Shown: positions 10,060-20,293 of the stretch, piece by piece
How positions within the stretch are numbered: the first letter of the stretch is position 1
How the letters are laid out: each line of letters opens with the position of its first letter
Source: Bacteroidota bacterium
Lineage (GTDB): Bacteria > Bacteroidota > Ignavibacteria > Kapaibacteriales > UBA2268
DNA length: 64,000 bases
Reading direction: 5' to 3'
Assembly: GCA_048267165.1 (NCBI GenBank)
Contig: JBLWYD010000003.1
Span: forward strand, 60,707-124,706
Translations under genes and position numbers: made by a program
The notes under the pieces: model-generated
Told to the model about the DNA's origin: nothing
Seen by the model: only the letters and a program-made list of their open reading frames with translations
The model's database searches: none

Positions 10060-11214
10060 ATGGAAAACAACACACACATATCTTGTATTTATTGCAACTC
10101 GGAAGCAGTGATAAAACATGGGAAAACTCGCTCGGGTGACCCTCGTTTCCGCTGTAAAGATTGCGAAAAAACCTGGGTAAAGGGTATAATCCTATACAAA
10201 AAACCGGATATTAGTGCTGTTGCAGAGTCTTACTTACTCGGTCATTCCATTCGTGAATTAGTACCTTTCTACAAGAGCTCCCCTCACCGAATTAATATGA
10301 AAATTCGTGAGTTTCTGGGTGAAACCCAAAGCTGGGAATCTTTCCTAGATAAAAGCTCGGAAGTCCGTACAACGGATGTAGTTTACTTACAAGGAATAAG
10401 ATTTAATTGCTCATTCAATTCTCCAGAGAATAATGAGATGTTCGTAGCGTTTGCTATCGAAGGTCTATCATCTCAGATTATTGGATTCGAAATAGCTGAA
10501 GATAATACAGAAGATGTATGGACTAAGCTATTAGCTCGCCTAAGTAAGCGTAAATATAAGGTGAAAACTTTCCTTACGCGTGATATAAGAGCAGTAGAAA
10601 ATTCTGTTTCCAAATACTTCGAAGATTCAAGAATTAAGTTATATCTTCATAAGCTTAATCGTGATAAAGAAGTCGCAAATAGATGCTGTCTTTTGGATAA
10701 TAGCTCACTTCGCGATAAGTTAATAGACGATGCATTGAAGTTCTATTCCAAATTGGATAATCAAAGCTATACTTCATATCTGCAAAATAGATTCGAGATG
10801 GACATCAAGACGTGCATAAAGAAGGATTGTGATAGATTCTTCGAATGTATGATGAAAAACTGTGGTACAGAGTCGGAATCGAGACTAGAGCAACTACTAG
10901 TAGAGTTCAATAACCGATTCGAGAAGTTCCACGCCCTGAAAACTGACCCTTATATAATTATCAATGCTTGGGTAGGTCTGCACATGCTAAGACCTATGGA
11001 ATGTGGGTTCACTCGCTATTCCCTATACAACCAATTGCCTTGCAAATGCTCTTTCGCTTGTTTTGCTAGTAATCACAATGATGAGCAATGCGAATTTATA
11101 CCAAACCAAAGAGAGCTGAGCGATTTCGCCAACGAAGTAACTATTCGTGCCCTTCACTTACCAATAGAATCAACTGTAAAGGGCAAATTCAAACTAGAGC
11201 TAAAAAGCTTCTAG
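10060..11214 (+). CDS. IS1595/IS1-like transposase-derived protein with an N-terminal zinc-ribbon, likely domesticated
   Basis: CIYCNSEAVIKHGKTRSGDPRFRCKDCEKTW matches the transposase zinc-ribbon (CxxC...G...G.QRY.CK.C.KTF). The C-terminal LLVEFNNRFE recalls the IS1595 E..FRYNNR motif. There is no room for terminal inverted repeats: 2 nt lie between the adk stop and this ATG, and 17 nt separate its stop from the stop of the convergent CBS gene at 11232. Confidence 0.5.
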   Translation: MENNTHISCIYCNSEAVIKHGKTRSGDPRFRCKDCEKTWVKGIILYKKPDISAVAESYLLGHSIRELVPFYKSSPHRINMKIREFLGETQSWESFLDKSSEVRTTDVVYLQGIRFNCSFNSPENNEMFVAFAIEGLSSQIIGFEIAEDNTEDVWTKLLARLSKRKYKVKTFLTRDIRAVENSVSKYFEDSRIKLYLHKLNRDKEVANRCCLLDNSSLRDKLIDDALKFYSKLDNQSYTSYLQNRFEMDIKTCIKKDCDRFFECMMKNCGTESESRLEQLLVEFNNRFEKFHALKTDPYIIINAWVGLHMLRPMECGFTRYSLYNQLPCKCSFACFASNHNDEQCEFIPNQRELSDFANEVTIRALHLPIESTVKGKFKLELKSF

Positions 11215-11231
11215 TCTAAAACTTAATCGCA

Positions 11232-12608
11232 TCACACTCCAGCAATATAATTAACCAAATCAGAGTAAGTAACAATCGACACAATATTGTTTTCGCTATC
11301 TGAAACGAAAATTGTTTTGCCTTCAGTTAATTTATCTTGAATACTTTGCAATGGTGTATCGAACTGAACTATTTCATAATCACTAGACATTACTAAATTA
11401 ATGCTGTCATTTAAGTCGATAGTACCATCGAAAAGTGGAGTAGTCAATCTGCTTTCGCTTACATAACCAACTAGCGAGTCACCTTTGAATACTGGTAACT
11501 GCGATATACCACTAGCTTCCATTATTTCTATTGCACTTCGGATATTCTTGTCATCTTGCATTTTTATAAGCTTTGTAGCTTTACCAGTATGGTGAAGCAT
11601 ATCGCCAACAGTTGTATTATAAGGACTGTCAGTGTAGCCACCTGCCTTCATCCACTCATCATTATATATTTTACCAGTGTATCTGTTCCCAGAGTCAGGC
11701 AATATTACTAATATTTTCTTCGGTGTATCGAGTCCCTCAGCATAGCGGATTGCGCCAACAACGGCTGCTCCACTACTACCACCAGCATATATACCTTCTT
11801 CCGTTAGCAATCGACGAGTCATCACGAAAGACTCCTTATCGTCTATCATTACGAAATCGTCTATAACACTGAAATCTAGATTATCTGGGAATATATCTTC
11901 GCCGATTCCCTCTAGTACATAACCGTGAGCTTCTATTACTTCGCCAGTTTTCCAAAATGGAGCTAGTATAGAACCTTGTATATCAACTCCGACTATTTTC
12001 ACATCGGGCATTACAGATTTCAGATATTTACCTGTTCCAGAGATAGTACCACCAGTACCAACTCCGCACATAAACACATCGAAATCACCGCCAGTTTGTT
12101 CGAATATCTCTGGCCCAGTAGAGCGAACATGAGCTTCCTGATTGTCTAGATTATAGTACTGATTTGCATAGAATGAATTAGGAGTAGTCTCTGCTATTCT
12201 CTTTGCTACACTGTAATAAGAACGTGGATCTTCTGGTGCTACGTTAGTAGGGGTTACAACTACTTTCGCTCCGTATGCACGAAGATTATTGATTTTCTCG
12301 ATAGATTGTTTATCAGGCAAAACGAATATACACTTGAAGCCATGAACAGCTGCATACATAGCAAGTCCAACCCCAGTATTACCCGAAGTTCCCTCCACTA
12401 TAGTACCGCCCGGTTTTAGGTCGCCCCTTTCTATGGCTTGTTCTATTATGTGCTTAGCTATACGTTCTTTGATAGAGCCACCTGGGTTCATATACTCTAG
12501 CTTTACGTATATGTCCGATTCTACACCTGTTGCTACTTTGTTCAGTCGAACGATAGGTGTATTACCTATTACATCTATTACATTTTGATTAAATTTATTC
12601 ATTGACAT
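11232..12608 (-). CDS. cystathionine beta-synthase / cysteine synthase with a C-terminal CBS pair
   Basis: PLP-fold cysteine synthase N-terminus (GNTPIVRL...NPGGSIKERIA, GTSGNTG) plus two C-terminal CBS domains. 458 aa. Confidence 0.85.
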   Translation of the reverse strand: MSMNKFNQNVIDVIGNTPIVRLNKVATGVESDIYVKLEYMNPGGSIKERIAKHIIEQAIERGDLKPGGTIVEGTSGNTGVGLAMYAAVHGFKCIFVLPDKQSIEKINNLRAYGAKVVVTPTNVAPEDPRSYYSVAKRIAETTPNSFYANQYYNLDNQEAHVRSTGPEIFEQTGGDFDVFMCGVGTGGTISGTGKYLKSVMPDVKIVGVDIQGSILAPFWKTGEVIEAHGYVLEGIGEDIFPDNLDFSVIDDFVMIDDKESFVMTRRLLTEEGIYAGGSSGAAVVGAIRYAEGLDTPKKILVILPDSGNRYTGKIYNDEWMKAGGYTDSPYNTTVGDMLHHTGKATKLIKMQDDKNIRSAIEIMEASGISQLPVFKGDSLVGYVSESRLTTPLFDGTIDLNDSINLVMSSDYEIVQFDTPLQSIQDKLTEGKTIFVSDSENNIVSIVTYSDLVNYIAGV

Positions 12609-12732
12609 AGTCTTATTCTACTTTGATTTATTTGTTAGCCACAAAACTAAATAATAATATAGTTTTTACCTATTGGGATAATTTTTGAGCAAATATTGTT
12701 TATGTTAATTCGATTAACTATTTTGTAAAACT

Positions 12733-12939
12733 ATGAAACTACACCCTAAATATATAATTGATTCAGAAGGCAATAGAACGTCTGTAATTTTACCAATTGA
12801 AGAATTCAACAACCTCATAGGTCTGAAAGAAGACTTAGAAGATGTAAACTTGTATGATGAAGCAAAAAAGTATCCTCAAGATTTCAGAACAGCTGAAGAA
12901 GTCTTCAGTGAGCTAGACGATAGGAAAAAAGCCAAATAA
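12733..12939 (+). CDS. small hypothetical protein, antitoxin-like (Phd/YefM-like pattern)
   Basis: 68 aa. IEEFNNLIGLKEDLEDVNLYDEAKK resembles the C-terminal half of type II antitoxins. No toxin gene is adjacent. Confidence 0.3.
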   Translation: MKLHPKYIIDSEGNRTSVILPIEEFNNLIGLKEDLEDVNLYDEAKKYPQDFRTAEEVFSELDDRKKAK

Positions 12940-12982
12940 CTCTTATATTATAAAATAATTTCAACCAAAAATTAGATTTATA

Positions 12983-13327
12983 ATGACTGATAATATGCCT
13001 TGCCCAAAATGCGGCTACGAATACACTTATGAGCTGAATTCACTGTGGAATTGCTCCGATTGCGGTAACGAATGGAACCCTGAAATAGCTGAAGAAGCTT
13101 CTGCTGAAGGTGGACTAATTGTGAAAGATGCGAATGGTGTCTTACTTGCCGATGGCGATACAGTAGTTGTTATCAAAGACTTACCTGTGAAGGGCTCTTC
13201 TAAGCCAATCAAAGGTGGAACAAAACTAAAGAACGTACGCTTGCGAGATAGCGACCACAATTTAGATTGCAAAATAGACGGCTTCGGCGCTATGGCACTG
13301 AAATCAGAGTTCGTTAAGAAGGGGTAG
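12983..13327 (+). CDS. phnA: PhnA/YjdC family zinc-ribbon protein
   Basis: N-terminal CPKCG...CSDCG zinc ribbon. The C-terminus VKDANG..L.DGD.V.VIKDL.VKGSS...KGGTK.KNVRL...[21 protein letters not shown] is the PhnA signature. Confidence 0.75.
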   Translation: MTDNMPCPKCGYEYTYELNSLWNCSDCGNEWNPEIAEEASAEGGLIVKDANGVLLADGDTVVVIKDLPVKGSSKPIKGGTKLKNVRLRDSDHNLDCKIDGFGAMALKSEFVKKG

Positions 13328-13347
13328 GATTACCCCCCTTTTTTTTC
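13322..13347 (+). terminator. rho-independent terminator after phnA
   Basis: GGGGTA-GGAT-TACCCC stem followed by T8. Confidence 0.75.
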
Positions 13348-13421
13348 TAATCACTCTCCCCTTATACACTTTTCTCATTGTATAATCTCCAATTATTTCT
13401 TATTATTAAGCTTATAGGAAT

Positions 13422-15599
13422 ATGAAATTTCGGAAATATATTATGTATCGTGTAGCTCTAATTGTTTTTATTGTAATCTCTATCCAGCTCAATGCCCAAG
13501 AAAGCTCAACCAAAAAGTACGGTGTGTACGCTGATTACGGGCTTAACATGCACTCTTCTGAGTTCAAAGCACTACCGGGAATACCAAACTGCTGCATTGA
13601 TTTCGAAGAGGGTAACGGTCTAGGATTATCGATTGGAGCGTTATTCGAGATGGATATGTCTAGCCATCTTTTCCTATCTGCTCGATTGGGCTATAATGAC
13701 CTAAGTGGTGAACTCAGCCGAATAGAACCAACCACTGTTATAATCAATAATAACTTTGAGCCAGGTAAACTAAACCATTCTATCGTGGCTAATATACAAG
13801 CAGTTACTGCCCGCATACTAGCAGGCTACAGGATAATTCCTAACCTTAGTTTCTATGCTGGATTCGGTGCTGGTAATGTGATAAATGCTACTTATGATCA
13901 ATTAGAAACCCTGACCGAACCTACTGACAAAGGTACTTTCATAGATGACCTAGGGGTTGATACAGGAAAGAGAACTAGAAATGAATCCACTGGTGATATT
14001 CCCGAATTGAATAGCATGAGACTATTTCTTTCTACTGGTATTGGTTATGAACTGCCTTTGAATAGTGATAATTCATTGCGATTAATGCCAGAAGTGAACT
14101 TCGATTTCGCATTCTCCAATGTAGTGAACAGCATCGATTGGACTATCAACGAACTAAAGGGAGGTATCGCTCTCAAATATGTACCGCAAAGTAGCAAAGA
14201 TTGGCAAATTATTCGTGATACAATTATCGTCAGAGATACTACTACGGAATACATTACGGAGAATAAACCATCTCTGAAGATGATAAATTCGAAAGTTATA
14301 GATGAGGTTGAAAACATAGATGGAAACACCAGAATCATCACCACTACTATAGAGAATAAATACCTAAACCGAGTGCTAGACCCTAGTTTTGCAAGCAATA
14401 ATTCTAACAAATCAACTCTGAAAAATAGTGATATCGCTATAACCGCGAAGGGTGTGGATTTTGATGGTAATCTAACTTCAGTAGCGACTATGAAAGTCGA
14501 GGAATTCATAAGCGATGTTATTCATCCACTATTGCCATATATTTTCTTCACTCATAATAGTACTGAACTGCAATCAAAATACAAGCAACTATCGAGCACA
14601 ACTAGCTTCACAGAAAACACTTTGATAAACGATGAGACGCTGGAAGTATATTACAACTTACTCAATATAGTAGGTAAGCGATTAAAAGATAGTCCCAATT
14701 CTTCTATCAAACTAATAGGTACAAACTCCAATACTGGCGAGGAAAAAGACAATACAAAGCTTTCGCAAAACAGGGCGGACGAAGTTAAAAAATACTTAGT
14801 AAACGCTTGGGGTATAGACGCTAGCCGAATTACAACAGAAGCTCGCAACTTACCACAAAACTCATCTAACATCAGCGTAGAAGACGGTATAGCAGAAAAC
14901 AGAAGAGTAGAAATATACAGCTCGGACAATCAGATACTAGACGTGATAATGGCGAAAGACACACTGAGGAAGGCCGACCCGCCAACACTTAGATTCATGA
15001 CCGAGAACAAAGGAGCGGAAGATTACGACAGTTGGAAAGTAGTAGTCAGCCAAAACGGCAGAGTACTAAAAGAATACAACGGCACAGCACAACTACCGAA
15101 ATCAATTGATTGGAACTTGGAGCAAGAGCAAAGCACTACCCCACGTTTCGATAGTCCGCTTGACTACAAGCTAGTGCTAACAAAGGGCAGTACAACAGCT
15201 GAAGCAACAGCACAGCTACCAATGCAGATGATAAAACTATCCGAAAAAGCTATAAACAAAGTTGGCGACAAGCGAATAGACAAATTCAACTTGATACTGT
15301 TCGATTTCAATAGTGCAGAAATATCAGGGCGAAACAGCGAGATAATAACCATAATAGATTCGAGAATAGAAGACAACTCTACAATCCAAATCAAGGGCTA
15401 CACCGACCGTATGGGTGACGATGGACTTAACGAACGCCTATCGAACAGCAGAGCCGAAAGTGCCAACAAAGCAATAGGCAATGGCAATGCAATAAGCAAA
15501 GGATATGGTGAGAAAATAGAACTTTACAACAACAACCTACCCGAAGGTAGAATGTACAACCGAACAGTAGAGATAATAGTTGAAACCCCGATAAAGTAG
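13422..15599 (+). CDS. OmpA-family outer-membrane protein with two OmpA-like peptidoglycan-binding domains
   Basis: Signal peptide. An internal OmpA-like segment (LSQNRADEVKKYL...ENRRVEI) and a C-terminal OmpA domain (NLILFDFNSAEI...GYTDRMGDDGLNERLSNSRAESA...NRTVEII). Confidence 0.7.
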   Translation: MKFRKYIMYRVALIVFIVISIQLNAQESSTKKYGVYADYGLNMHSSEFKALPGIPNCCIDFEEGNGLGLSIGALFEMDMSSHLFLSARLGYNDLSGELSRIEPTTVIINNNFEPGKLNHSIVANIQAVTARILAGYRIIPNLSFYAGFGAGNVINATYDQLETLTEPTDKGTFIDDLGVDTGKRTRNESTGDIPELNSMRLFLSTGIGYELPLNSDNSLRLMPEVNFDFAFSNVVNSIDWTINELKGGIALKYVPQSSKDWQIIRDTIIVRDTTTEYITENKPSLKMINSKVIDEVENIDGNTRIITTTIENKYLNRVLDPSFASNNSNKSTLKNSDIAITAKGVDFDGNLTSVATMKVEEFISDVIHPLLPYIFFTHNSTELQSKYKQLSSTTSFTENTLINDETLEVYYNLLNIVGKRLKDSPNSSIKLIGTNSNTGEEKDNTKLSQNRADEVKKYLVNAWGIDASRITTEARNLPQNSSNISVEDGIAENRRVEIYSSDNQILDVIMAKDTLRKADPPTLRFMTENKGAEDYDSWKVVVSQNGRVLKEYNGTAQLPKSIDWNLEQEQSTTPRFDSPLDYKLVLTKGSTTAEATAQLPMQMIKLSEKAINKVGDKRIDKFNLILFDFNSAEISGRNSEIITIIDSRIEDNSTIQIKGYTDRMGDDGLNERLSNSRAESANKAIGNGNAISKGYGEKIELYNNNLPEGRMYNRTVEIIVETPIK

Positions 15600-15610
15600 G
15601 GTAAAATGTG

Positions 15611-15870
15611 GTCATTGCGAGGACTGAAAGGACGCGGCAATCTATTGAGGAACGAAGAAAGAATGAAAGAGATTCCCCATGCCTTTGGCTTGGCAAGCAC
15701 GCTTCGCTCGAAATGGCAGGAATTAGGGATCGAAGGCAAGGATAGCTTAAATAATCTGTCATTGCGAGGAGTGTAACGACGTGGCAATCTCGTGGGAACG
15801 AAGAAGGAATGAAAGAGATTCCCACGCTTCACTCGGAATGACAAGAATTAGGGAGACGTATGCAATACGC
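15611..15870 (+). repeat. two imperfect tandem copies (~147 and ~113 bp) of a GC-rich intergenic repeat (GTCATTGCGAGGA...GGCAATCT...GAACGAAGAA.GAATGAAAGAGATTCCC...AATTAGGGA)
   Basis: Unit 1 at 15611-15757 and unit 2 at 15758-15870 align over most of their length. The 33-nt 5' module recurs at 27990..28023. Confidence 0.7.
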
Positions 15871-15917
15871 CTCTACAACCAAAAACAAAAATGAAGTCCT
15901 AAAATAACAGAACTAAA

Positions 15918-18900
15918 ATGAAAAAAACAATACTACTAATCCTACTACTTCCAATACTGGTAAGTGCCCAGTACTTCGATGTATTCGACATAGACGAAAG
16001 TCAGTTTCCAATAATGAAAGCGAAGTTCTACTCAATAGATGCGAACGGAAAGCAGATACTAAACCACACCCCAGCTGACTTCGAAATCACAGAAAACGGC
16101 GAGCCGAGAGATGTGATTAGTGTTAGTTGTTACCAAAATAATGATTTGAATCCTGTTTCGGTTTCGATTAGTTTCGATATATCAGGTTCAATGTCGCTTT
16201 CTAATTCATTGCCTCAGATTGCTCCGATTGAACTTGCTAAGTATTCTGCAACCGAACTAGTAAAAATGATGGAGATGCCTCCATCCAATGTTTCAATTCA
16301 AACAACCAATTCAATAGCAACCATATTAGATGATTTTACTACCCGAAAAAAAGATATTCTAAAATTAATAAATGGAGTTAATGCTTACGGCTCCAATGAT
16401 TTTGGTCAACAACTTCTTAGTCCTTATTCTGGATTGCTTAGTATTGCAAAAAATGGAAAGTACCGTAAAATTGCTATTATCTATACAGATGCAAATTGGT
16501 TTAAGTTAGATAATGTACAAATAAATAAGTGCATACAAATATGTAACGAGAATAATATAAAGCTTTTTTTTGTTGAAATATCTGAACTTGAAGATAATAA
16601 TGAAAGTGTAAAACAATCTCTAATCGAAATTGCAAATGCAAGTGGTGGTAAATATTACAGCCAAATAGATAATGAGGAAAAAGCTTTGGAAGTGGCAATT
16701 GACATAGCAAGGATAAATAGTATTAATTATCCTTGTGATATTAGTTGGAAGAGTGATTATAAATGTGACGTTTCTACTAATCTGAAAATTAGAAATAAAA
16801 TAATAGGACTGACAGTTAACAAGGATTACAATGTAAATTCAATTAACACAATGAAATTAGAGATTAAGCCCTACTCAATTACCTTCGATGACTCTGAACC
16901 AAACATTAAAGAAGATTCCACCTTCCAGGTATTATCAAAGTTTGCAGATGCAACGATAGATAGAATAAACCTTAAGAGCGGCGATAATATAATCACCATC
17001 AATGAACAATTCCCAATAAATCTCGAAAAAGGAGTACCCAGAAATATTAGTTTTACCTTCCAACAAAGCGATGAGAAAGCACATTTTTCGGTCTATGATA
17101 TAACTAGCAATAATTGCTCTAGTCAACTAAATATCTACTCTGGCTTAAATTACGGGAGTCTGAAGAATAACACTCTGAATATTGTATTTCCTAATGGAGG
17201 CGAGAAGTTCTACTGTGGGATAGATACTAATGTTAGTTGGTTAGGAGTTACAAGTTTGGATTCCATAATTTTGAACTTTAGTAGTGACAATGGAAAGAAT
17301 TGGCAACAAATTTTAGACTCGAATTCTAGAAGTGAATACTTATGGAGTGTCCCTAGAATCATTAGCGACAGTTGTTTGATTAATATAAAGCAACGAGCTC
17401 TCACAAATAAGAAAGAAGGTGAGATAATTTGGAAATATTCATTCGGTGGGGATGAAAATGACTTCTGTTATTCAATTACAGAGACACCTGACAAAGGATA
17501 TATAGCGGTAGGAAGCTATTCTAACGGTGTAGCTCCTGATTTTAATAGTTCTTTGTATATACTACGTATGGACATTAACGGTAAAAAAGTTTGGGATAAA
17601 TACTATGGTGGCAGCGGAATAGATATAGGTTACAAAATAAAATCTTTACGTGGCGGTGGCTATTTAATTATTGGCTCGACTACTTCCAACGATGGGGAAG
17701 TTACAAGAATACCTACTGACCAAGATGTTTGGGCAATAAAAATTAATTCTCTTGGTAACATAGAATGGGAAGAGAATTATGGAGGGGCAGCAAATGATAA
17801 TGGATATTCATTTGTAGAGACTCAGTCCGGTGATATAGTAATTGTAGGTTCTAACAATAATGAAGCATCAGTTTGGAAGGTAAATCCATTAGGTGTTCTG
17901 ATCTGGCAAAAAAGCTTCAACAACTTAAGTAATTGTGAGGCCAAAGAAATAATAGAAACGGCAAATAATGAATTAATTGTAGTTGGAAGTACAACTGGAC
18001 AATCAGGAACAAAAGGATTTCTATTAAAATTAGACACTGATGGAAATGTAATACGACAAAAAATAACGGCATATAAAATCAATAGTGTTATTAAGACTTC
18101 TGATAAGAATTATGCTTATGCTGGAATGAGGAACTTTGACATATTAGTTGAGAAAGTAAATTCTGATTTCGATATTTTATGGAGTAAATCATACGGAGGT
18201 GACCTCCATGATGAAGCAAATGACCTGATCGAATTAGATAATGGTGATATTCTAATAACTGGTGAAACTAATTCTGTAAGTAATGAATTTAATAGGAATT
18301 TCGGTTTTAGTGACTATTTTCTAATCCGATTAGATAAAGACGGAACAAGAAAATGGTCAGCTCCTTATGGTGCGAATAGACTAGAAGTTGCCAATCAAGT
18401 TATACTAACAGGAAATGGTCACTATGTAATAGCGGGTTCTTCTAATACTTTTTATCACGATAATATCAAGGATAATCATGGAGAATTTGACTTTTGGTTG
18501 ATTAAATTAAATGGGAATGATCCTTACCTCCAATCCGATACATCGGACGCGTTGTTTTCTATTATAATGCCGGAGCCAGTTATACAGATTAATAACATTG
18601 ACATGGGACAGATGATAGTTGGCAGTACTAAAGATACGATTGTGTCTTCGGTTATCTGCAATGTAGGTGATGCACCGTTGCACGTTCTGGGAGTTGATAT
18701 AACTGGTGGTAATGCTAGTGAATTCCTTATTTCGCGTGGGGCTGGTGATTTCTATTTGGAGAAGGATTCATGTCAGGATATGATGTTCGAGTTTACACCT
18801 TTGGCACTTGGTAATAGAACTGTCTATGCCACTATAAGAACGACCATAGGTGATTTCCGAGATACTATACATATACGTGGGGTTGGTATTGCTCCAGCTA

Positions 18901-19892
18901 TTGAGGTGACTTCTGAGGTAGTTGACTTTGGTGTATTTGAACTTGGAGAAGGAAAAGATACGACTTTATTTTTAGTGAAAAATGTTGGGAGTACTGATAT
19001 AACAATTACTGATACCCAAATCAGTGGGCCAGATATGGAGCAGTTTACACTTAACTCAACACCTCGTAGCTACACAATAGCCGTTGGAAAGGAGAAAGAA
19101 TTCAAGCTAAACTACACAGCAAAATTAGGCGGTAAATCAAACTCATACTTAGATTTTCACTATGAAGGTATTGGCTCTCCTTTACGCTCTCTACTTTTTG
19201 CAGAGGGAATCGGAGGTGAGGTTTACCCTGTAGTAGCTGATGCTTATGTCGGTGAGACAGTAAATTTAAACTTATTTTTAGGTAAGATAAAACCAGAAGG
19301 ACTCCGTGAAATAGCTACAAAATTCTCTGCAATAGTTAGCTATAACTCGACTATACTAGCACCTATTGACAAGTCAATGAGCGTTAACACTATATTAGGT
19401 AAGTCATTTATATCAATTGCAGGCAAACTAAGTGGAGTACCACAAATAGCAACAGTACCTATGAAAGTAGGACTCGGCACAGACGACAGAAGTGGTCTGG
19501 TAATCACAGAGTTCCAGCTATATAACGCTAATGGCGATTCGGTGGATTATGACATAGAGCCGGGTGTTGGAGAGTTCAACGTGCTTGGTATATGTGAAGA
19601 AGGCGGCAAGAGATTAATCAACCCGAATGGAGATGCAGTTGAAATTCAGGTAATCACAGAAAGTAATTCAGGTAACGCACACATCCACCTAACATTAATA
19701 GAAACGGGGCAAACAGAGCTAGAAATCTATGACCAAATTGGTAACAAGATAGAAACAGTTTATTTAGGCACACCATCTGCTGGTTCGCAAGAAATCAACT
19801 TAGACTTAAGCAAATATGCCAATGGTCGTTACTACATTAAGCTAACAACACCAACAATCACAAAGACAGAGATAATAGAGGTAGTGAGGTAG
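15918..19892 (+). CDS. giant secreted surface protein: vWA domain, Ig-like domain, SBBP-type beta-propeller repeats, ASH/PapD-like Ig folds and a T9SS C-terminal sorting domain
   Basis: Signal peptide. MIDAS motif DISGSMS. Repeated W.K.YGG..D.G...GGY...G.T.S.DG units. C-terminal ...YYIKLTTPTITKTEIIEVVR. It is a paralog of 54809..58789. Confidence 0.6.
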   Translation: MKKTILLILLLPILVSAQYFDVFDIDESQFPIMKAKFYSIDANGKQILNHTPADFEITENGEPRDVISVSCYQNNDLNPVSVSISFDISGSMSLSNSLPQIAPIELAKYSATELVKMMEMPPSNVSIQTTNSIATILDDFTTRKKDILKLINGVNAYGSNDFGQQLLSPYSGLLSIAKNGKYRKIAIIYTDANWFKLDNVQINKCIQICNENNIKLFFVEISELEDNNESVKQSLIEIANASGGKYYSQIDNEEKALEVAIDIARINSINYPCDISWKSDYKCDVSTNLKIRNKIIGLTVNKDYNVNSINTMKLEIKPYSITFDDSEPNIKEDSTFQVLSKFADATIDRINLKSGDNIITINEQFPINLEKGVPRNISFTFQQSDEKAHFSVYDITSNNCSSQLNIYSGLNYGSLKNNTLNIVFPNGGEKFYCGIDTNVSWLGVTSLDSIILNFSSDNGKNWQQILDSNSRSEYLWSVPRIISDSCLINIKQRALTNKKEGEIIWKYSFGGDENDFCYSITETPDKGYIAVGSYSNGVAPDFNSSLYILRMDINGKKVWDKYYGGSGIDIGYKIKSLRGGGYLIIGSTTSNDGEVTRIPTDQDVWAIKINSLGNIEWEENYGGAANDNGYSFVETQSGDIVIVGSNNNEASVWKVNPLGVLIWQKSFNNLSNCEAKEIIETANNELIVVGSTTGQSGTKGFLLKLDTDGNVIRQKITAYKINSVIKTSDKNYAYAGMRNFDILVEKVNSDFDILWSKSYGGDLHDEANDLIELDNGDILITGETNSVSNEFNRNFGFSDYFLIRLDKDGTRKWSAPYGANRLEVANQVILTGNGHYVIAGSSNTFYHDNIKDNHGEFDFWLIKLNGNDPYLQSDTSDALFSIIMPEPVIQINNIDMGQMIVGSTKDTIVSSVICNVGDAPLHVLGVDITGGNASEFLISRGAGDFYLEKDSCQDMMFEFTPLALGNRTVYATIRTTIGDFRDTIHIRGVGIAPAIEVTSEVVDFGVFELGEGKDTTLFLVKNVGSTDITITDTQISGPDMEQFTLNSTPRSYTIAVGKEKEFKLNYTAKLGGKSNSYLDFHYEGIGSPLRSLLFAEGIGGEVYPVVADAYVGETVNLNLFLGKIKPEGLREIATKFSAIVSYNSTILAPIDKSMSVNTILGKSFISIAGKLSGVPQIATVPMKVGLGTDDRSGLVITEFQLYNANGDSVDYDIEPGVGEFNVLGICEEGGKRLINPNGDAVEIQVITESNSGNAHIHLTLIETGQTELEIYDQIGNKIETVYLGTPSAGSQEINLDLSKYANGRYYIKLTTPTITKTEIIEVVR

Positions 19893-20090
19893 ATTGGGGG
19901 GCATTCGTTTTCTTCCTAGGGGCTTTGGCTTGCTAACCAAGCTGTAAACATGGACTAGCCCGCTAGGGCTGATGGTCATGGTGGATAAATGGGCTACAGA
20001 TATTTCGCCACTCTGTGGCTTTTGCTTGAACGTCACTCGCGAGTGAATGTAATGAGAGATTGAGGAGGATAAATAAAATATGTTCACTGA
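19893..20090. other. GC-rich structured intergenic segment, candidate small RNA or structured element
   Basis: Locally GC-rich against an AT-rich background. Several hairpins are present, including AGCCC-GCTA-GGGCT and a perfect 14-nt palindrome TCACTCGCGAGTGA. No known RNA family was recognised. Confidence 0.2.
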
Positions 20091-20293
20091 GGCTCTCGAA
20101 TTGTAAGCATTTTATTTATTACTCGTGCTGAGGTACTCGAAGTAACATAAGGCAATGTAATTTCCAGCACCAAAAAAGAACTCTCACCTTAACTATATAT
20201 ATTTACTATATTATTCTTAACTTTGATATTTGCTAGTTTGCAAAAATTTAGATTTTACTCGCTCGTCTATAGCGGGGAAAGTTTTATTTTTTT

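Noticed and set aside
15427-15844. Minus-strand ORFs of 132 and 106 aa
   Set aside because: They lie entirely within the GC-rich tandem intergenic repeats. The translation is Cys/Leu/Arg-rich nonsense.
19842-20087. 81-aa minus-strand ORF
   Set aside because: It spans the GC-rich structured intergenic segment. It is more likely non-coding.
20111-20150. Possible CIRCE/HrcA operator upstream of grpE
   Set aside because: Only a weak inverted repeat TTACTCG...CGAAGTAA is present. There is no match to TTAGCACTC-N9-GAGTGCTAA.
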